Source: Ranitomeya imitator
Lineage: Eukaryota
Reading direction: 5' to 3'
DNA: 64,000 nt
Assembly (NCBI RefSeq): GCF_032444005.1
Contig: NC_091285.1
Coordinates: forward strand, 12,958,001 to 13,022,000
The notes under the pieces are model-generated. The model was not told the DNA's origin and searched no databases. It saw only the letters and a list, made by a program, of their open reading frames with translations. Below, piece after piece: positions 63,933-64,000 of the stretch (the first letter of the stretch is position 1; every line of letters starts with the position of its first letter). A program made the position numbers and the translations under genes.

Positions 63933-64000
63933 TGAAACACCATATCTTTTTAATTTTTAAAAAAAATTTGCGTGGGCTCCTGTGCAATTTTCAAGTCCTG

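Overview
TE-dense vertebrate nuclear DNA, most likely from a frog (inferred from amphibian-type H2B/H2A, single-coding-exon TRIM genes and the DIRS/Tc1/T2-MITE repertoire). Host genes: two tandemly duplicated RING-Bbox-Bbox-coiled-coil-PRY/SPRY TRIM genes (14101-15762, 26504-28144), two divergently transcribed H2A/H2B pairs (46984-48100, 55964-57054) and a frameshifted H4 (62629-62929). The histone genes have canonical stem-loops. Everything else is nested mobile DNA and satellites. The most unusual structure is at 2654-10614: an old fold-back element carrying two inverted Penelope-type minimal hammerhead ribozymes with a compensatory U3-A8 core. One hammerhead was hit by a hAT MITE (8-bp TSD), which itself hosts a Helitron and a DIRS retrotransposon with both termini and its ICR. 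The other was hit by a solo LTR (5-bp TSD). A second, canonical-core (CUGAUGA) hammerhead family sits downstream of each TRIM copy. At 38289-46140 a Gypsy RT is split in its YLDD motif by a Tc1, which is itself split by a 4.8-kb TTAA element holding six ~390-bp repeats. Most long ORFs in the track at 23.7-25.1, 33.2-34.4 and 58-62 kb are satellite artefacts.
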